Source of the DNA: Cycas panzhihuaensis
Taxonomy: Eukaryota > Plantae > Cycadophyta
NCBI GenBank assembly: GCA_023213395.1
Contig: CM041465.1
Coordinates: 248,565,741-248,629,740, forward strand
Direction: 5' to 3'
Length of the DNA stretch: 64,000 nucleotides
Below the pieces are notes generated by a model, which was given only the letters and a program-made list of their open reading frames with translations, had not been told where the DNA came from and made no database searches. Of this stretch, positions 1-13,107 are shown one piece after another (within the stretch, counting starts at the first letter, position 1; each line of letters begins with the position of its first letter). The translations under genes were made by a program, and so were the position numbers.

Positions 1-1482
1 GTGGTTCATACAAGCTATCTCTAAGTGCTTTTCTATTAGGAAATGAATGAATAAAGGGACTTTTGAAAGGCTACCATAATAATCTAGATCATTTACTATA
101 ACAAGGATCAAGTGGAATTGTTGTAGGGATACACATCATATAACTAGGTAATTGAGGTGATGCTTAAACTACAAGTTGTAGGTTGGTGAAAGCAATTTTC
201 TTATAAGGCAATTAGTTACTCAGGAAAGTTTTAAGAAGGTAGTGACTAGAGGGGGTCAATAGAGGGTAAGTGCTAGATAACAAGGGATACTCATAGACTC
301 ACTATGCCATTGAAAAGATGTCATAACATTTAGACTTTAGATTGTAAACTTAGATATACATAAGAGGAGTTGGCTCAAGGCTCTATTAAGTTATAAAAGG
401 GGCCAAGGAATGCCTAGCAATAAGGGCTTATTTGACCTAAAATTTTGAGTTTAATATTAAAAACTAGTCCTATGGACTATGAACACTAATATGTTAGGAA
501 AAGAGTTATCTTGGGGTAACATGCTGATGAAACCAAATACATTGATGGCCTATTAATTATATTAATTAATATCTATTATGGGTTTTTTAAAGTGGGTGCA
601 TAAAAAAATGGTTGTAACAATGATAAATTTAATCATATGAGATGACAATTTTCAAAATAAAGACTCCAACATAATAGACAGGGTGAAAATTTGATACTCT
701 AAAGTTGGGATTGGGTGATTATAAAAATAGGTTTCCTTAACATTTCATATTTTATTTTTACCTTCAAGAGTTAGAAAAACTTTGTTAACCCATTTTTACC
801 CCAAAACTTTCTTGAGTTTATTGTGAAAGAATAAAGCACCAATTTCTTAAATGGTTAGAGGCATTGAGTTCGTAGTAAAGATATGGTTGGTTAGGCATCA
901 AATTTGGTATGCGTAATCTCTTTATTTTTTTTATAGTGTTTTTTATTTTTTATTTTTTAGGGTTAGGCATTAATTTTATGAATTTTGGCCAAATGGGGTC
1001 TAATTAGAGCTTAGTTCACAACTAGACTAGGGTAATTTAATGTGTCGATTATTTTCATTAGATTATTTTAAGTCTAATTTAGTTATTTTATGATTCTTTT
1101 TTTTTTTAGCAAAAAAATGTATTTTTTACCTATGGGTTTTTTCATGGGATGAGGACTATTGGAGTCCATAGTACCATAAAAGAATCTAATAGCACCATAA
1201 AGTTATATATCTTAATAGTATTATAAATGTTAAATTTTGTAGTATCATTGAAATTTCATCGATATACCCTATCTATAGCTGGATAGATAAGAAACTTCAT
1301 AGGATGTGTTGCTTTAGATTATTTTTTAAGTTTTTTAGATTTAATTTGTTAGTTTAGCAAAGTTTAGTTTTTTCTTGACTTGTTATGGTTGGAAAATGAT
1401 TATCATATACCTTTCTAACTTGTTTTTAGTTAATTTTCAACATGTTATAGCAGTTAATATCCACAAAAACTTTAGTTCTTAA

Positions 1483-3533
1483 ATGTTGGCTCTTGTAGAT
1501 ATTATGGACAATGAGACTAGAGGTATTTAGGCTAGTTGTAGGCTTCTCATGATAGTGATATCATGACAATATGTCTCTAATTAGGCATTGTTGATAGATA
1601 TTATTTCTCAATGGGATAGGAGGCAACTGTCCTTGGTCAAAGACATGACAATGACTCCTCACGATATGAGAAGGATCTTGAAGGTATCTTATATTGGGCC
1701 ACCTCCTAGGTTAGGCTTATTACCTAGCATTAATAGGGCTTATGTTTCTACTATGAGATTTTTCTATGGGAGAGGAGTTTAGGATAGATGAGGTGGCAAT
1801 TTCAACTACTCGATAGGTTTAGGACTTCTGCTAGTGTGGAAGCTCACTCTCTATGATATTTTATTTTAGGTCTCTCATCATCAAAACTACATTGAGTTTC
1901 CTAGTGGAGTGATGGATGCAATTCAATATTACAAGGTTGGGGAGAGGTTAGATTAGGCCACATTTATTATGACAAACATGAGGCCCCATCCTGATTATAT
2001 CAAATCTACAAGGCATGGTAGTTTCTCTTATTGTACCCTCCTCTAGTGTTAGTTATTTGACCAATTTAGAGGAGTAGAATCTAGGGGAGGCCCACAACCA
2101 ATAGTAGATGGTGGTCCTCTAGTCCACAGGTGGCCTATGTTAAAACTAACTAATATCACCATCATTTCTTTATATCTTTATAATTCCATGTACATATTAT
2201 AAATTAAACTACCCTTGATGTAATTAAATCGTATTTGATATTGAGGTTGTGTCCACCTCATGTGCCATTAAGTTGACTTATCAAATAATATGTAATATTT
2301 GAAGATGGCCTATATATTATGCCATGTACCATTGTATCATATAATATTCTAGTGTTAATGTAGAAGCTCTGCCTATGAGAGAGCCATATGTGGTGATGAA
2401 TTCACCTGTAACATTTCCATTCACTTTGTTTTGTTTATTTTACATGTTCCTTTGTCTATTGTAGCTATTTTGCTTAATATTTATTGATCAATGCACATGT
2501 ATGATAGATCCTGATGCTCTTAACATGGTATTAGAGTAATCCTGTTACATATTTTAACATGGTATTACAACAATCCTGTTACATATGTTAATAACCTGCA
2601 TGTTTTTAAAGCCTCAAGGTAGTTGATCAAGTCAATAGAATAGTTTATGTTAACTCCCTAGTTACTATTATGATGGATAGATACATAAGAAACCTATATA
2701 TTGGAGTCTATTGGGACTCAAATGTTGAGGAGAAATTTGTTATTATTTAGGGTGGTGATGGGGGAGAAGATGAGGGTCCAATAGATCTTGTCATAGAGGC
2801 ACTACCATAGGATAATAGAGGAGGAAATGAGATCCCAATGTAACCTGGTGAGGAGGTAGTACCTAAGGGAGTAGAGGAGCCAACAATAGGAGGAGGTAAT
2901 GATGGGGCCCTTGGTGATGATGTGTATCTTATTACATTCCTTTTTCTTTTAATACCACAAATTGATTTAAGATTTTATTTAATTATCAATTTGATATCTA
3001 TCATAGTAACTAACTCTAATGTTGTTTTGTATTGTAGATGGTGGCTTTACCCTATGCTTTATTCATCATGTCCTAGACTCACTTTTGCCATGGTTTATGT
3101 GGAGGGGTGGCCTCCTATTATAGATATTGAGAATCCAACCCTTGCTCATCCATACATGGTTGTATTTGCCCAAGTTATGAGGGCATTATCTATGTTAGGA
3201 GTAGAGAAAGATGAGTTATAGATCATGATTACCTAACTTTGGGGCACTATAGCATAGATGGCAGGGTATGGGAGATAGCCCCATAGGTAATTATGGTTCT
3301 AATAGTTATGCCTACACTATGTGTCAAAATTAATAAATATATGACAAAATTAATCAATTGGCTAATCACTTAGTTGAGAGGTCCATGTGCTCACATATAA
3401 GGATCTACACTTTATATAATATAGAGAAGATCAAAGGAGGGTCTGAGATGAGGTAAGTGAGGCATACCCCTCACAGTGCCCTTGAGTGCTTTGACCCATT
3501 GATAACTTTGAGACACCATGAGATGAGTGGTAG
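1483..3533 (+). pseudogene. Antisense extra ORF of the Tat element: plant mobile domain (PMD, PF10536-like), acidic/Gly-rich linker, putative intron, possible degenerate RNase H-like C-terminus
   Basis: LLIDIISQWDRRQLSLVKDMTMTPHDMRRILKVSYIGPP (1588-1704) resembles PMD LIxALxExW...EMTITLxDVxxILGLPxxG. D*ATFIMTNM...YCTLL*C*LFDQF (1950-2070) resembles WGxAxLAxLY...GCxxLLQxWxxExF. Split by the solo LTR at 2138-2593; GT..AG intron candidate ~2922/2924-3037. Confidence 0.6.
2138..2593 (+). mobile_element. Solo LTR (tRNA-iMet-primed family) with two internal PBS-containing 34-bp units at its 3' end
   Basis: Starts TGTTAAAAC and ends ...TGTTAATA (CA>TA). Flanks GCCTA/ACCTG are both derivable from a GCCTG TSD by G>A. 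TGGTATTAGAGT at 2526 and TGGTATTACAAC at 2560. Confidence 0.75.
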
Positions 3534-3847
3534 TAAGGGGATTTCTATATGATAGATCATATTGTATTATTATTTTTTTGGGGAGGTAAGTTGTCTAGTG
3601 AGGATTAGGGGTGTGTTCATTTGCTCAATAAGCTCTTGTACACCCTTGTGGAGATTCTAGCTCCCTTTGCATTTTGTACATACATATTCTTGATATGTAT
3701 GTGTGTATAGGAGACCATATCATATGGATGGTGTATGATGTATATAGAATATTTATGTAGTTTTTACGTTTTAAAATTTTAAAATTTTGTGTTGTTTTGA
3801 GGATAATATTAACAAATAATAATTTATACTTATAATAGAGTTTGAAG

Positions 3848-4150
3848 CTAGTTTGTACTCATAGAGGAGTATCATGCTAGTTTATATTCATGGAGGAGTG
3901 TAATGGCCCCATGGGTATTGCCCAAGGGGGAATATTTTACTCATAAGAAAGCACAAGGTGCCATAGTAAACACAAAAAGATTGATATGTTGTGATAGGCC
4001 TTTTCAACTTAGTGAAGTATATCATCCAAGTTTTTACTATTTAATGATCAATTTAGAGGATTTTTTTGTTTGTTAAGGTTCTCATGGAGTGAGATTCTAG
4101 TTTATACTCGTAGTGGAGTATAGCATAGTTTACACTCATTTAAGAGCTTT
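3848..4150. repeat. Degenerate ~28-bp tandem repeats (AGTTTRTACTCATRGAGGAGTAT-like) in the Tat 3' region
   Basis: Recurring units near 3850, 3880, 3935, 4099 and 4126. Confidence 0.55.
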
Positions 4151-4190
4151 GGTAGTTTAAGCTAATTTCATAGTTTGAATACTAATGTTA

Positions 4191-5400
4191 TCAACTATAG
4201 AACATTTTGAGAAACTATCTATTGATATATTTGTTAAACTCAAGGTACTCAAGCATAGAAATCCTATAAGCACCATTTGATAAGTCTTCCAAAACTACAG
4301 ATGGACTAAACTAATTGGTAGCAAATTTTAGGATGAAAACTTATGAGGCATTAGATGCTTATTATGGGCTTATTAAGCCTTTAAATTAGACACTCAATTA
4401 TTTTGATATACAACTAAGCACTATTCATCTAGGGCTTATAGGTCTAAGAGATGAGATTGATGATGCCACTCTTCATCAATAAAACCTTTCATTGACACTC
4501 TTAGAGATGGGATCTCTTCTTTAAGTGGAAGGACTACTTCTAACTTGTAAATAAGTGAGAAGGGTGTCATGCCTATGGTACTTCATATAGACATTTGATA
4601 AGCCTATAGGAGAGGGTGCAATTATTATTTCCAATCTCGATAAGACTTAAACATTACTCTCTTTAGGATTAAGATGAGAGTTTTATTGAATGCCTTAATT
4701 TGTCCACTTGATTGGGGGTACTAGGGTGATGAGGTTTTATGGTTGATATGGAATTTCTCACAAAGCTCATCTACCTCCTTATTACATAATGGGGTTCCAT
4801 TATCTATGATTAAGATGTCAGGGACCCTGAAATGACAATTGATGTGCTGGAATATGAAAGTTGTAATAACCTTACCCATAGTTGGAGATAGAGGGATTGC
4901 CTTTAGCTACTTCATCAAATACTCCATTGTAGTCAAGATAAACTATTATTGTAAGGTGGATGGGGGCATAATAGCCCTAGTGAGGTCTAAGCCCCATTGC
5001 AAAAAAGGTCAAGGAGAGATAATGGCATGCAAAGCCTCTAATGGTCTATGAATAATATTATAATGTTCTTAGCACTTCTCACACCTTTGAATATATGTGT
5101 GAGCATCCTTAAACAAGATAGGCTAGAAAAAACCAATTCATAGGATTCTCTAAGCCATAGATTGCCCACCAAAGTGTCCTCCACAAATGGTATCATGGCA
5201 ACTATAAAGGATCCACTAGGTCTATTCAAAGTTTAAACATTTAAGAAGAATTCCTTGAAATGATCTTTTATAAAGTATATCATAAACAAGAAAGTATTAT
5301 TAAGATGTAGCCTTAACATGTTATTTAGATTTATCACTTGTATCATCTAGATATGCTTGATAAATAAGGTAATGAATAACATCATTGTACCATTAATCAT
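4191..5400 (-). pseudogene. Tat-type gypsy integrase (degenerate)
   Basis: Reverse strand reads LHAIISP*PFLQWGLDLTR...EYLMK*LKAIPL...HFRVPDILIIDNGTP...TPFSLIYKLEVVLP...INR*FLKMFYS*. Confidence 0.92.
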
Positions 5401-5519
5401 TGATTAGTCTTTACCTTATAATTTACCCAAGGGCTATAATGGTTTCCTCGGGTAAGGAATCATAAAAAAGAGTGTTCGTCAAGTTGGGAAGAGGTGATTG
5501 AGATAATTACTCTTCTACA

Positions 5520-6800
5520 ACCATCCCTTTTTAATGCTTCTATTAATAATCTACAAGTCATACTCCTATAGGAGAACCATCCATTTGCCTACTCATTCTA
5601 TGAAATCTGATTTTACTATTAAATAACACAGGGTATCAAATTAAACAATAACATTTGTGGTATTTCCTAAGAGGTAGTGCCTTAACTTTTTAGTGGGAAA
5701 AACAAGGGAGAGACACTCCTTTTCTATAGGAGTATAGTTAAGTTTCATGGATACTAGGGTGCAACTAAGAAATAAGTGATACATTCAACTTTGATATTAT
5801 CTTTTTAGGCTAGCATGGTCCCACTTGACTCACTAGTGAATGATGTATATAAAATGAATGGCTTGTCATGCCTTGGAGGAACCAAACCAAGGGAAAAACT
5901 AAATCTTATTTTAGTTCATCAAAAGTAGCTTGGCATTCAGTGGTAAATTTTATCAAGAAGTACTTAAGAAACCTAAGTAATCTAAGAAAGGACATGATTT
6001 ATTTTTGGGTGTAAAGAGGGGATATTTCAAGGATCACCCTCATCTTTTTGAGGTCTACTTTAATTCCTTATTAAAAAATAATAAATCCAAAGAGTTTTTA
6101 TTCTATAACAATAAACACACATTTGAGTGGGTTCAAACTCATGTGAAATTTTCTACATCTTAGAAAGATCTTTCTAAAGTTAGTAGGATGATTCCCTCTT
6201 TATCTAGATAGATGAAGTAAGTCATCTATGAGCATTTTAAGTATCTTATTAATATAGTCATGCAATATAAAATTCATGGCCTGCTAATATATTATACTAG
6301 TAATTTTAAGGTCAAAGGACATAATTTTGTAAGAAAACATATCCAAATAATTGTGGACACAGTCTTATAATAGTCCTTAGACAAGATTTAGATTTTTTTA
6401 TAACCTAAGAAATCATCCATAATGAACATCAATTCAAATCCTACAGTCATATCTATGATTTGATTGATGAAAGGTATAGGGAAGTTATCCTTAGGGCAAG
6501 TATTATTTATGTCTTTTGAAGTCTATATAGATGTATATTGCCCAATTTTTCTTCACCATAGGGACTATATTAGAGAGCCAATGTGGATAGTTAATATACA
6601 TGATCAAGCCTGCATTACAGAGCTTTTTAACCTCCATCTTAATAATAGCCAAAAGTTTTGAATGGATCAAGTGTTATTTATACCTTGTAGCTTTAGCCTT
6701 AGGTAAGATTATAATATTGTAAGTCAAGATCTTAGGGCTTATTCCCTTTATATTAATATAATCCCATGTAAAAACATCCTAGAACTCATGGAGGAGCTTT
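5520..6800 (-). pseudogene. Gypsy reverse transcriptase + RNase H (degenerate)
   Basis: TCPKDNFPIPFINQ, FIMDDFLGYKKI, MSFDLKITSIIY*QAM, LIDDLL, MSLNPLKCVF...KLFGF; RNase H end GKWMVLL*EYDL*II. Confidence 0.92.
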
Positions 6801-8149
6801 GTGTATTTTGCAATTTCCTTGAGAGAACATTTTCCCCCCATTTTGATAATCTTTTCAAGGGCTAGGATGATGTTAATTGTTTCTCCCATGAATAGGATAT
6901 TCCCCTTCTTGAAGTGAGGAAGGTCTTGGTTAATAGGTGGATTGAAAATAGCTTAAGCTATGATAGTTTGAGCTAGGGGTGAACCAATAACAAGACATTT
7001 ATAAAATTCTAACTTATGGTGATTTGGAGGAAGATTGGGGGACTCCTCTATAAGGTGTCCTAATAATGCCTCATAATTTTTGGAGTAATCAATGCTATCA
7101 ATGACCTTTTCTTGAGTGATGGTCTTTTTATTTTGGATAGGAGGATCGATAAATTGGTTGACCTATTAATCAAAGAAATGAAGGGAATACCCTAAAAGGT
7201 TAGAATTATAACATGTGTAGCATAAGTGACTCGTTTTCCTAAAGTGGTCAAAGATAACAGAGGGTTATTTTGTTTCAAGATCTTGATTAAAAATGGGGGG
7301 CCCTATTGGTTTATTAGAAAGGGATGGTAGAGGGGAATTACAAATGATGGATTTATTATAAAAGAAGGTAGATTTATACTTAGTATCCAAGTTGTCGATT
7401 AGAGGAGTTTGGGATGGATCATTTCACATGACCACAGTATTAGGATAATACCAAACCTAATGGATTATATTAATGGTTGATAGAGGAGGGTTGAGGTCTT
7501 CATCACTCATTTAAAAGATGTTATTCTAAATATATGTGGGGATGATACTAGTGATATGGGCTTGGGGAGAAGGCAGAGCTACCTATGATGGCTCAATAAT
7601 TTCCTCTTCAAAATTAGGATGATAATTATAGATACGGTGGTACATAGGTCACTTTAAAATTAGGGTGGAAATCATGGACAAGGTGGTGCATGGGTTGTAT
7701 GACCTAAGCTTGTAATAAGGAAGAGATTCCATGGGTCAAAAGACATGGTGAAATAGGCTCTAGGTTTTCCATAAGGTCCTGTTAGGGCCCTTATAGAGGA
7801 AGGGGCCTTAAAGAAGGTCCAAATGGAGGGGAGTATCCTTGGGGTATAAATCCCCTTATATATAAGAGATCATGGCCAATTAGCATCAAGGAAGCCCTCC
7901 ATCATCTAGATTAGACTTAAGGTCACTAAGAAACACCAAGTATCCATAACTACATACATTGATTAGAGTAAAACAAACCACATTAGGTTCTTTGGGGGAA
8001 TCTAAATCATCTTTAGGTATTGGGTCCTATAAGAGGGACTTAAGACATGGGTCTTGTTTATCTACTTCTTCATTCACATCATCAAAAAATACTTTAATAA
8101 TCTTTTAGGACAAATAGGGAGGGGCAAGTTCATATTTAACATTGCACAT

Positions 8150-8480
8150 ATAACCATTATGGAGAAATTTTAATTGGCCCCGTAAAGTGGAGTAAAATGC
8201 CCCCATGTGATCCAAATAAGTGTGTCTAAGAAGAAGGTTGTAGTTCACATCCATGTCCATGACTATAATCTATATGAGAATTATTTTATCTTTAAGGGTA
8301 AGTGGGATTTTAGCTATCCCCAAGGGGGACTTTTCATTCCCATCATACCATCGACACTTCCAAAGGATAGGCTCTAAAGCCCCAATGCCTAATACCTTAA
8401 GCATTTGAGTGGGTATGGCATTTACGAAGGAACTATTATCAATGATTATCCTCTTTAGGGAAAAAATTAGGTGTTTCAAT
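8150..8480 (-). pseudogene. Gypsy aspartic protease (degenerate)
   Basis: IIIDNSSFVNAI (DxGS motif remnant) and VMDMDVNYNLLLRHTYLDHMGAFYSTLRGQLKF. Confidence 0.85.
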
Positions 8481-9559
8481 AATTATGGAAGAGGGAGACT
8501 TTCGATAGCACTCCCTTTTCTTTTGGGCTGATAGGCCCTCTAGATCAAATGTAATAGGGGGTTTACCCATAGATGTAACATGAATAGTATGGATGGGTAC
8601 TTCTTTATACCCTAAGGATTATAAAAGTAGGTTCCCTTGCTCATGGTAGCTCCATAGGACATCCATCATAGACATTTCTATAGAGATAATTTAGAGTTCC
8701 TCAATAATAAAAAATGCCCTCCTTGTGCTTGTGGGTTGGGAAAGGTCCCTCTTTAAGTTATAACATCTTAGATAGATAGGAATGGTCCTTAGGAAGAGGG
8801 GGATCTTAGTAGATTATTATTATGAGGAAGAAGCTCCTTTAGTTTCCTTAATTACCTAAGCTTAAGCATTTGAATGGCTCTCTTACCCTTGGTATTATAT
8901 ATTTGGGTAGCTTCCTTGGAATCTTGGTTCATGAATTGAGAGGTATTTAGGTTTTTCTGAGGATTCTTCTCAAATTAATTTTAGAAAGATTTTTTTTATG
9001 GTTATTTCTGAGGTTTGGTTTTCCCCTTCCTCATTGGGATTGTTGTTGTTACTAACCTTAATACTTTTAGGCCTCATGGTTAAGGAAAGGGTCCTTATGG
9101 ATCGAATATTCTAAATCAAGCTTGTATGTCTCCTCTATTGCAAGGTTCTATGGCAGTGCCAATTTGGAATATTGAATCTAATAATAAGCATAATTATGGG
9201 TACAATAGTGATGAACTCAACACCACCTTCTCTTATTCTTATATAAAGTTTGATATTTTCCTTTAGGAGGAGTGATTGGTTCATTTCCCTTACCATGAGG
9301 AGGAGTATATGTTACTTGGTGAATGGGCTTATGTCTCTATAAGGTAATTGATAATTCTTATTATATTTGTGCCAAGTGAAGTTTAGGATCCCTCATAATA
9401 TACTTGAATGAATGCACTATGGAACTAAGCGAATCAATAGTCATGTTAGTGGTCCCAATAGGAGGCATTTGAGCCTATGGTTAGGGCCTTAGATCATGCA
9501 TCATTGGATGTGCCTCATATCATGTGTTGGGATTATTGATCTTCATTAAGTTTATTTAA

Positions 9560-10060
9560 ATCTTGATGGATTCCAAGGCAAGGCATTTTGTAATTATAGA
9601 ATTGCATTTAGTTGCATCCATTTTGAGCACTTCTATATGGACCTTAGAATGAAGGGCATTCATAAAGACATACTGCTTTAAATCTTCTGGTAACATGGTT
9701 TTTAAAGAATGTAACAAGTCAAAAAAATGATAGATGAAGTCTCTATTAAGCTTATCTTAGTCTTTCTTAAGAAAGAGATGGGCCTTAACTCCACTCTCAA
9801 ATGGACATAATACATCAATATAGTTAATAAAAGTATCTATTAATTATTGGAAGCAATAGATGGAATGAGTAGGTACATGATAAAACTAGTTTAAGGGATC
9901 ATCCTTGAGGGGACAAAGGAATAATTTCATTAACACATGACATATGAGTAATAATCAAAACATGCCATGGTAAAGACCTTGACATGGTCCCCAAGGTCTT
10001 GAGATGAAATGCCTTTAAACTTGGGAACTTTAGTGGGTGGGGTGGTAAATTAGTTTGAAG
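9560..10060 (-). pseudogene. Gypsy gag capsid (Retrotrans_gag) domain (degenerate)
   Basis: KVPKFKGISSQDLGDHVKVF...VLMKLFLCPLKDDPLN*FYHVPTHSIYCFQ*LIDTFINY. A Pro-rich N-terminal region continues to the right. Confidence 0.82.
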
Positions 10061-10702
10061 TGCCTCTAAAGTAAGAGGGCTAGTTTAATAATCAAGAAAG
10101 GGATATGCCCCATGTTGCACCAGTGAATCAATAGGTGGAAGGTTGGGTTGAGGCCTATATGATTAGTGGGTTGGAATTATACCATAGGGGTTTTTCCCCT
10201 ACTAGTAGGCTTGGTATGTTTGAATTGGTTGGGGAATACCTCAAGCTTAATGAGGATCTGTTACTTGAGCATAAGGATTATATACGTGTTATCTAGGTCT
10301 AGGTGGAACTTGATAAACTAGAGCTAACAAGGGCCCAACAATTTAATAAGATGATGTATACATTAGACCCATAATAAATATAGCTTAGTATGGTTGCATA
10401 GGAAATGAGGATGGGTGAGGAATGGGATTTTACTTATATAGGTCTCCAATTAGAGAGGTAACTCCATATGGGTGGAAGGGATTAATACCAAAAGTAGGTT
10501 ATGGGTAAGGGCTGCAATGTCTCCACTATGGTGCAACATACCTAGGTGATAGATAATTTGGTTAGGCAGGTTGTAGAGTTAGTCTAATTAGCTGAACATA
10601 GCACAAAGAAGGGTAAATCATCCCCAGATGTCCTATTAGTATAATTAAAGGATGTGTTATAGTATGAGTTAAAATGAGTGGAATGAAAGAATTAGATCAT
10701 AC

Positions 10703-13107
10703 TGTTAAAACATAATGTTTAATGTGGACTTATTGTACACATGCACTTCCCACCATTCACCTATTTCAAGATATGTGAGATATACACATATGCATGCTAT
10801 CCCATTATTTGATGATGTAACAACTTATTGTATGTGATAGGCTACTCATGAGGTGATTATTATTATATATTTGTACTCTCACAACTTGAGAACTAGAGAA
10901 AGGAGAGAGAAGAAAGATGTAATCCTTATGATTATAAGTGGAGTCTTAACTCCACCTTCTCTTATGGTTTTTCCCACATTGGGTTTTCCACGTATAAATC
11001 TTGGTGTCTTATGGTGATGATTATGTTTGATGATGTTTACTTTACATGTTTGATGTTTTATACTCATGAGTTTATATTATTGCATCTTCATATTTTTAAC
11101 ATGGTATCAGAGCCATGTTTGCATCTCTATTTCTAACATGGTATCAGAGCAGTGTTGCATCCAAGCTGCCATGGTAAGGTGAAGATCTTGCTTATCTACT
11201 TCAAGCCTATCAAGCTATATACAAGAGATACAATCGATATTTATGGGTTTATAACAACCCCAAACTCATTTCCAGTGCTTGACAGAGGAGCTTTCTGGAG
11301 TTTTTTAGCCATTTTTGGCTCTGTTTTTCATTACAAGGGCTTCGAAGGATCCAAAACTTCCACAATTTTTTTCTCCTCAATACAAGATTCTTTTCCAAAA
11401 ATTCCAACTCTACTAGCTACCTATCATCATTGTGTCAATTTCTATAAAATTTTGTCCCATTCTGAGTCTATTTAATCCTCTGTTAGGGTTCTGCAGTCCT
11501 ACTTTGGTTTACTATTTTTACGCATATGACACACAAACCTTAAAAAAGATACCTGCACTATTTCTGTAATATCTATGCAACTATTTATCTGATTTGTGAA
11601 CTGTCTAAAGCATTGGAAATCTGATTCATATCTCTACAATTTGGAATCAAATTTAGCTAGATTTGGAGCTGATTTGAGGGAGATATTTACTACTCAAGTT
11701 GACCTTTATATCCAAGTTATTTGAGCTTTATCTTTTTCTAAAATTTTAGTCAATTCTAATCTTTTTCATGGCTCTGAACATGGTGGTGAATTTATTTTTG
11801 AAGAATGGTGGATGATTATTAAAGTTTAGTTTAAAATCAAGTATTTTGAGGCCCATTTATGACATTTTGAGGCCCATTTTAGTTGAAAATTTTAATTAAG
11901 TGAGAAATATTTAATGGATCTATCATATGAGACATCCTTGCTATGTTGGTTACTCATTTCCCCCTATACAATATCACATTTGGTTTAACGGATGATAAAA
12001 GCCCTAAACAAATATATAAATCACTTCGATATCGAAGCTGTTTATGTTATTTAGTTAGATAGTAGTACAATTACCTTATTACAATTAACTTACCATTGCT
12101 AAGTGATTTGGCATGGTCTTAGAGTTGATTGTTTAAGATGATCTAACTGTTGACTTAATCTAACTGATGAAACTTTATCAGTCCTACAAGCAATTTGGAA
12201 AGAAGATGGATGATGTATTTGAAGCAATTTCCTAATAAATTAGCAATTATAATGGTTGGTCACCCATGTATTTCGGTAGATGGATTTTGTTTTATATAGA
12301 CTTAGATATCATTTTGCTTGATTTAATGGACAACTTAATATAGATTGAAAATATCCACCACACAAGTGAAGATATGAAGATGTGCACTAAACACTTCATA
12401 TATAGGTTTATAGAGATAGCATATAGTTACAGGTCCTTTATAGATTATAGATGATTTTGGTGATTAATATGGAAGCTCTGCTCGAGCTATATGGTATGAC
12501 GAATTCACCCGTAATATACAGGAAATATGTTACATGATATAAAATATAGGATATAGGATATAGGATACAGGTTACAGGTGATACTGTATATAGGATACAA
12601 GTGCCAGCATATAAGATGAAGACATAAAGACCCAAGATCAATATTTAAGGATATTAAACATTATGGGGGGGTGTTAAAACATAATGTTTAATGTGGACTT
12701 ACTGTACACATATAGTTCCCACCATTCACCTACTTCAAGATATGTGAGATGTACGCATATCTATGCTATCCCACTATTGGATGATGTAACAATACATTGT
12801 ATGTGATAGGATACTCATGAGGTGATTATCACTATGTATTTGTACTGTCACCACTTGAGAACTAGAGAAAGGAGAGAGGAGAAAGATGTAATCCTTATGA
12901 TCATAAGCGGAGTCCTAACTCCACCTTCTCTCATGGTTTTTCCCACATTGGCTTTTCCACATATAAATCTTGGTGTCTTGTGGTGATGATTATGTTTGAT
13001 GATGTTTACTTTACATGTTTGATGTTTTATACTTATGAGTTTATATTATTGCATCTTCATATTTTTTACATGGTATCAAAGCCATGTTTGCATCTCAATT
13101 TCTAGCA
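10703..13107 (+). mobile_element. Non-autonomous LTR retrotransposon (TRIM/LARD-like), 2.4 kb
   Basis: Direct LTRs 10703-11138 and 12672-13107 (TG...CA); TSD CATAC/CATAT; PBS TGGTATCAGAGC 11139-11150; PPT ATGGGGGGG 12663-12671; no recognisable gag/pol. Confidence 0.93.
11139..11150 (+). promoter_or_regulatory. Primer-binding site (tRNA-iMet)
   Basis: Exact TGGTATCAGAGC immediately after the 5' LTR; a second copy lies inside the LTR at 11102. Confidence 0.9.

Noticed and set aside
1-1480. Integrase tail plus an LTR starting at TGTAAC 613
   Set aside because: The motif resemblance is too weak and there is no partner LTR in the window; left unassigned.
11102-11150. tRNA-Met gene
   Set aside because: Only 12-18 nt complementary to the tRNA 3' end, including CCA; no cloverleaf.
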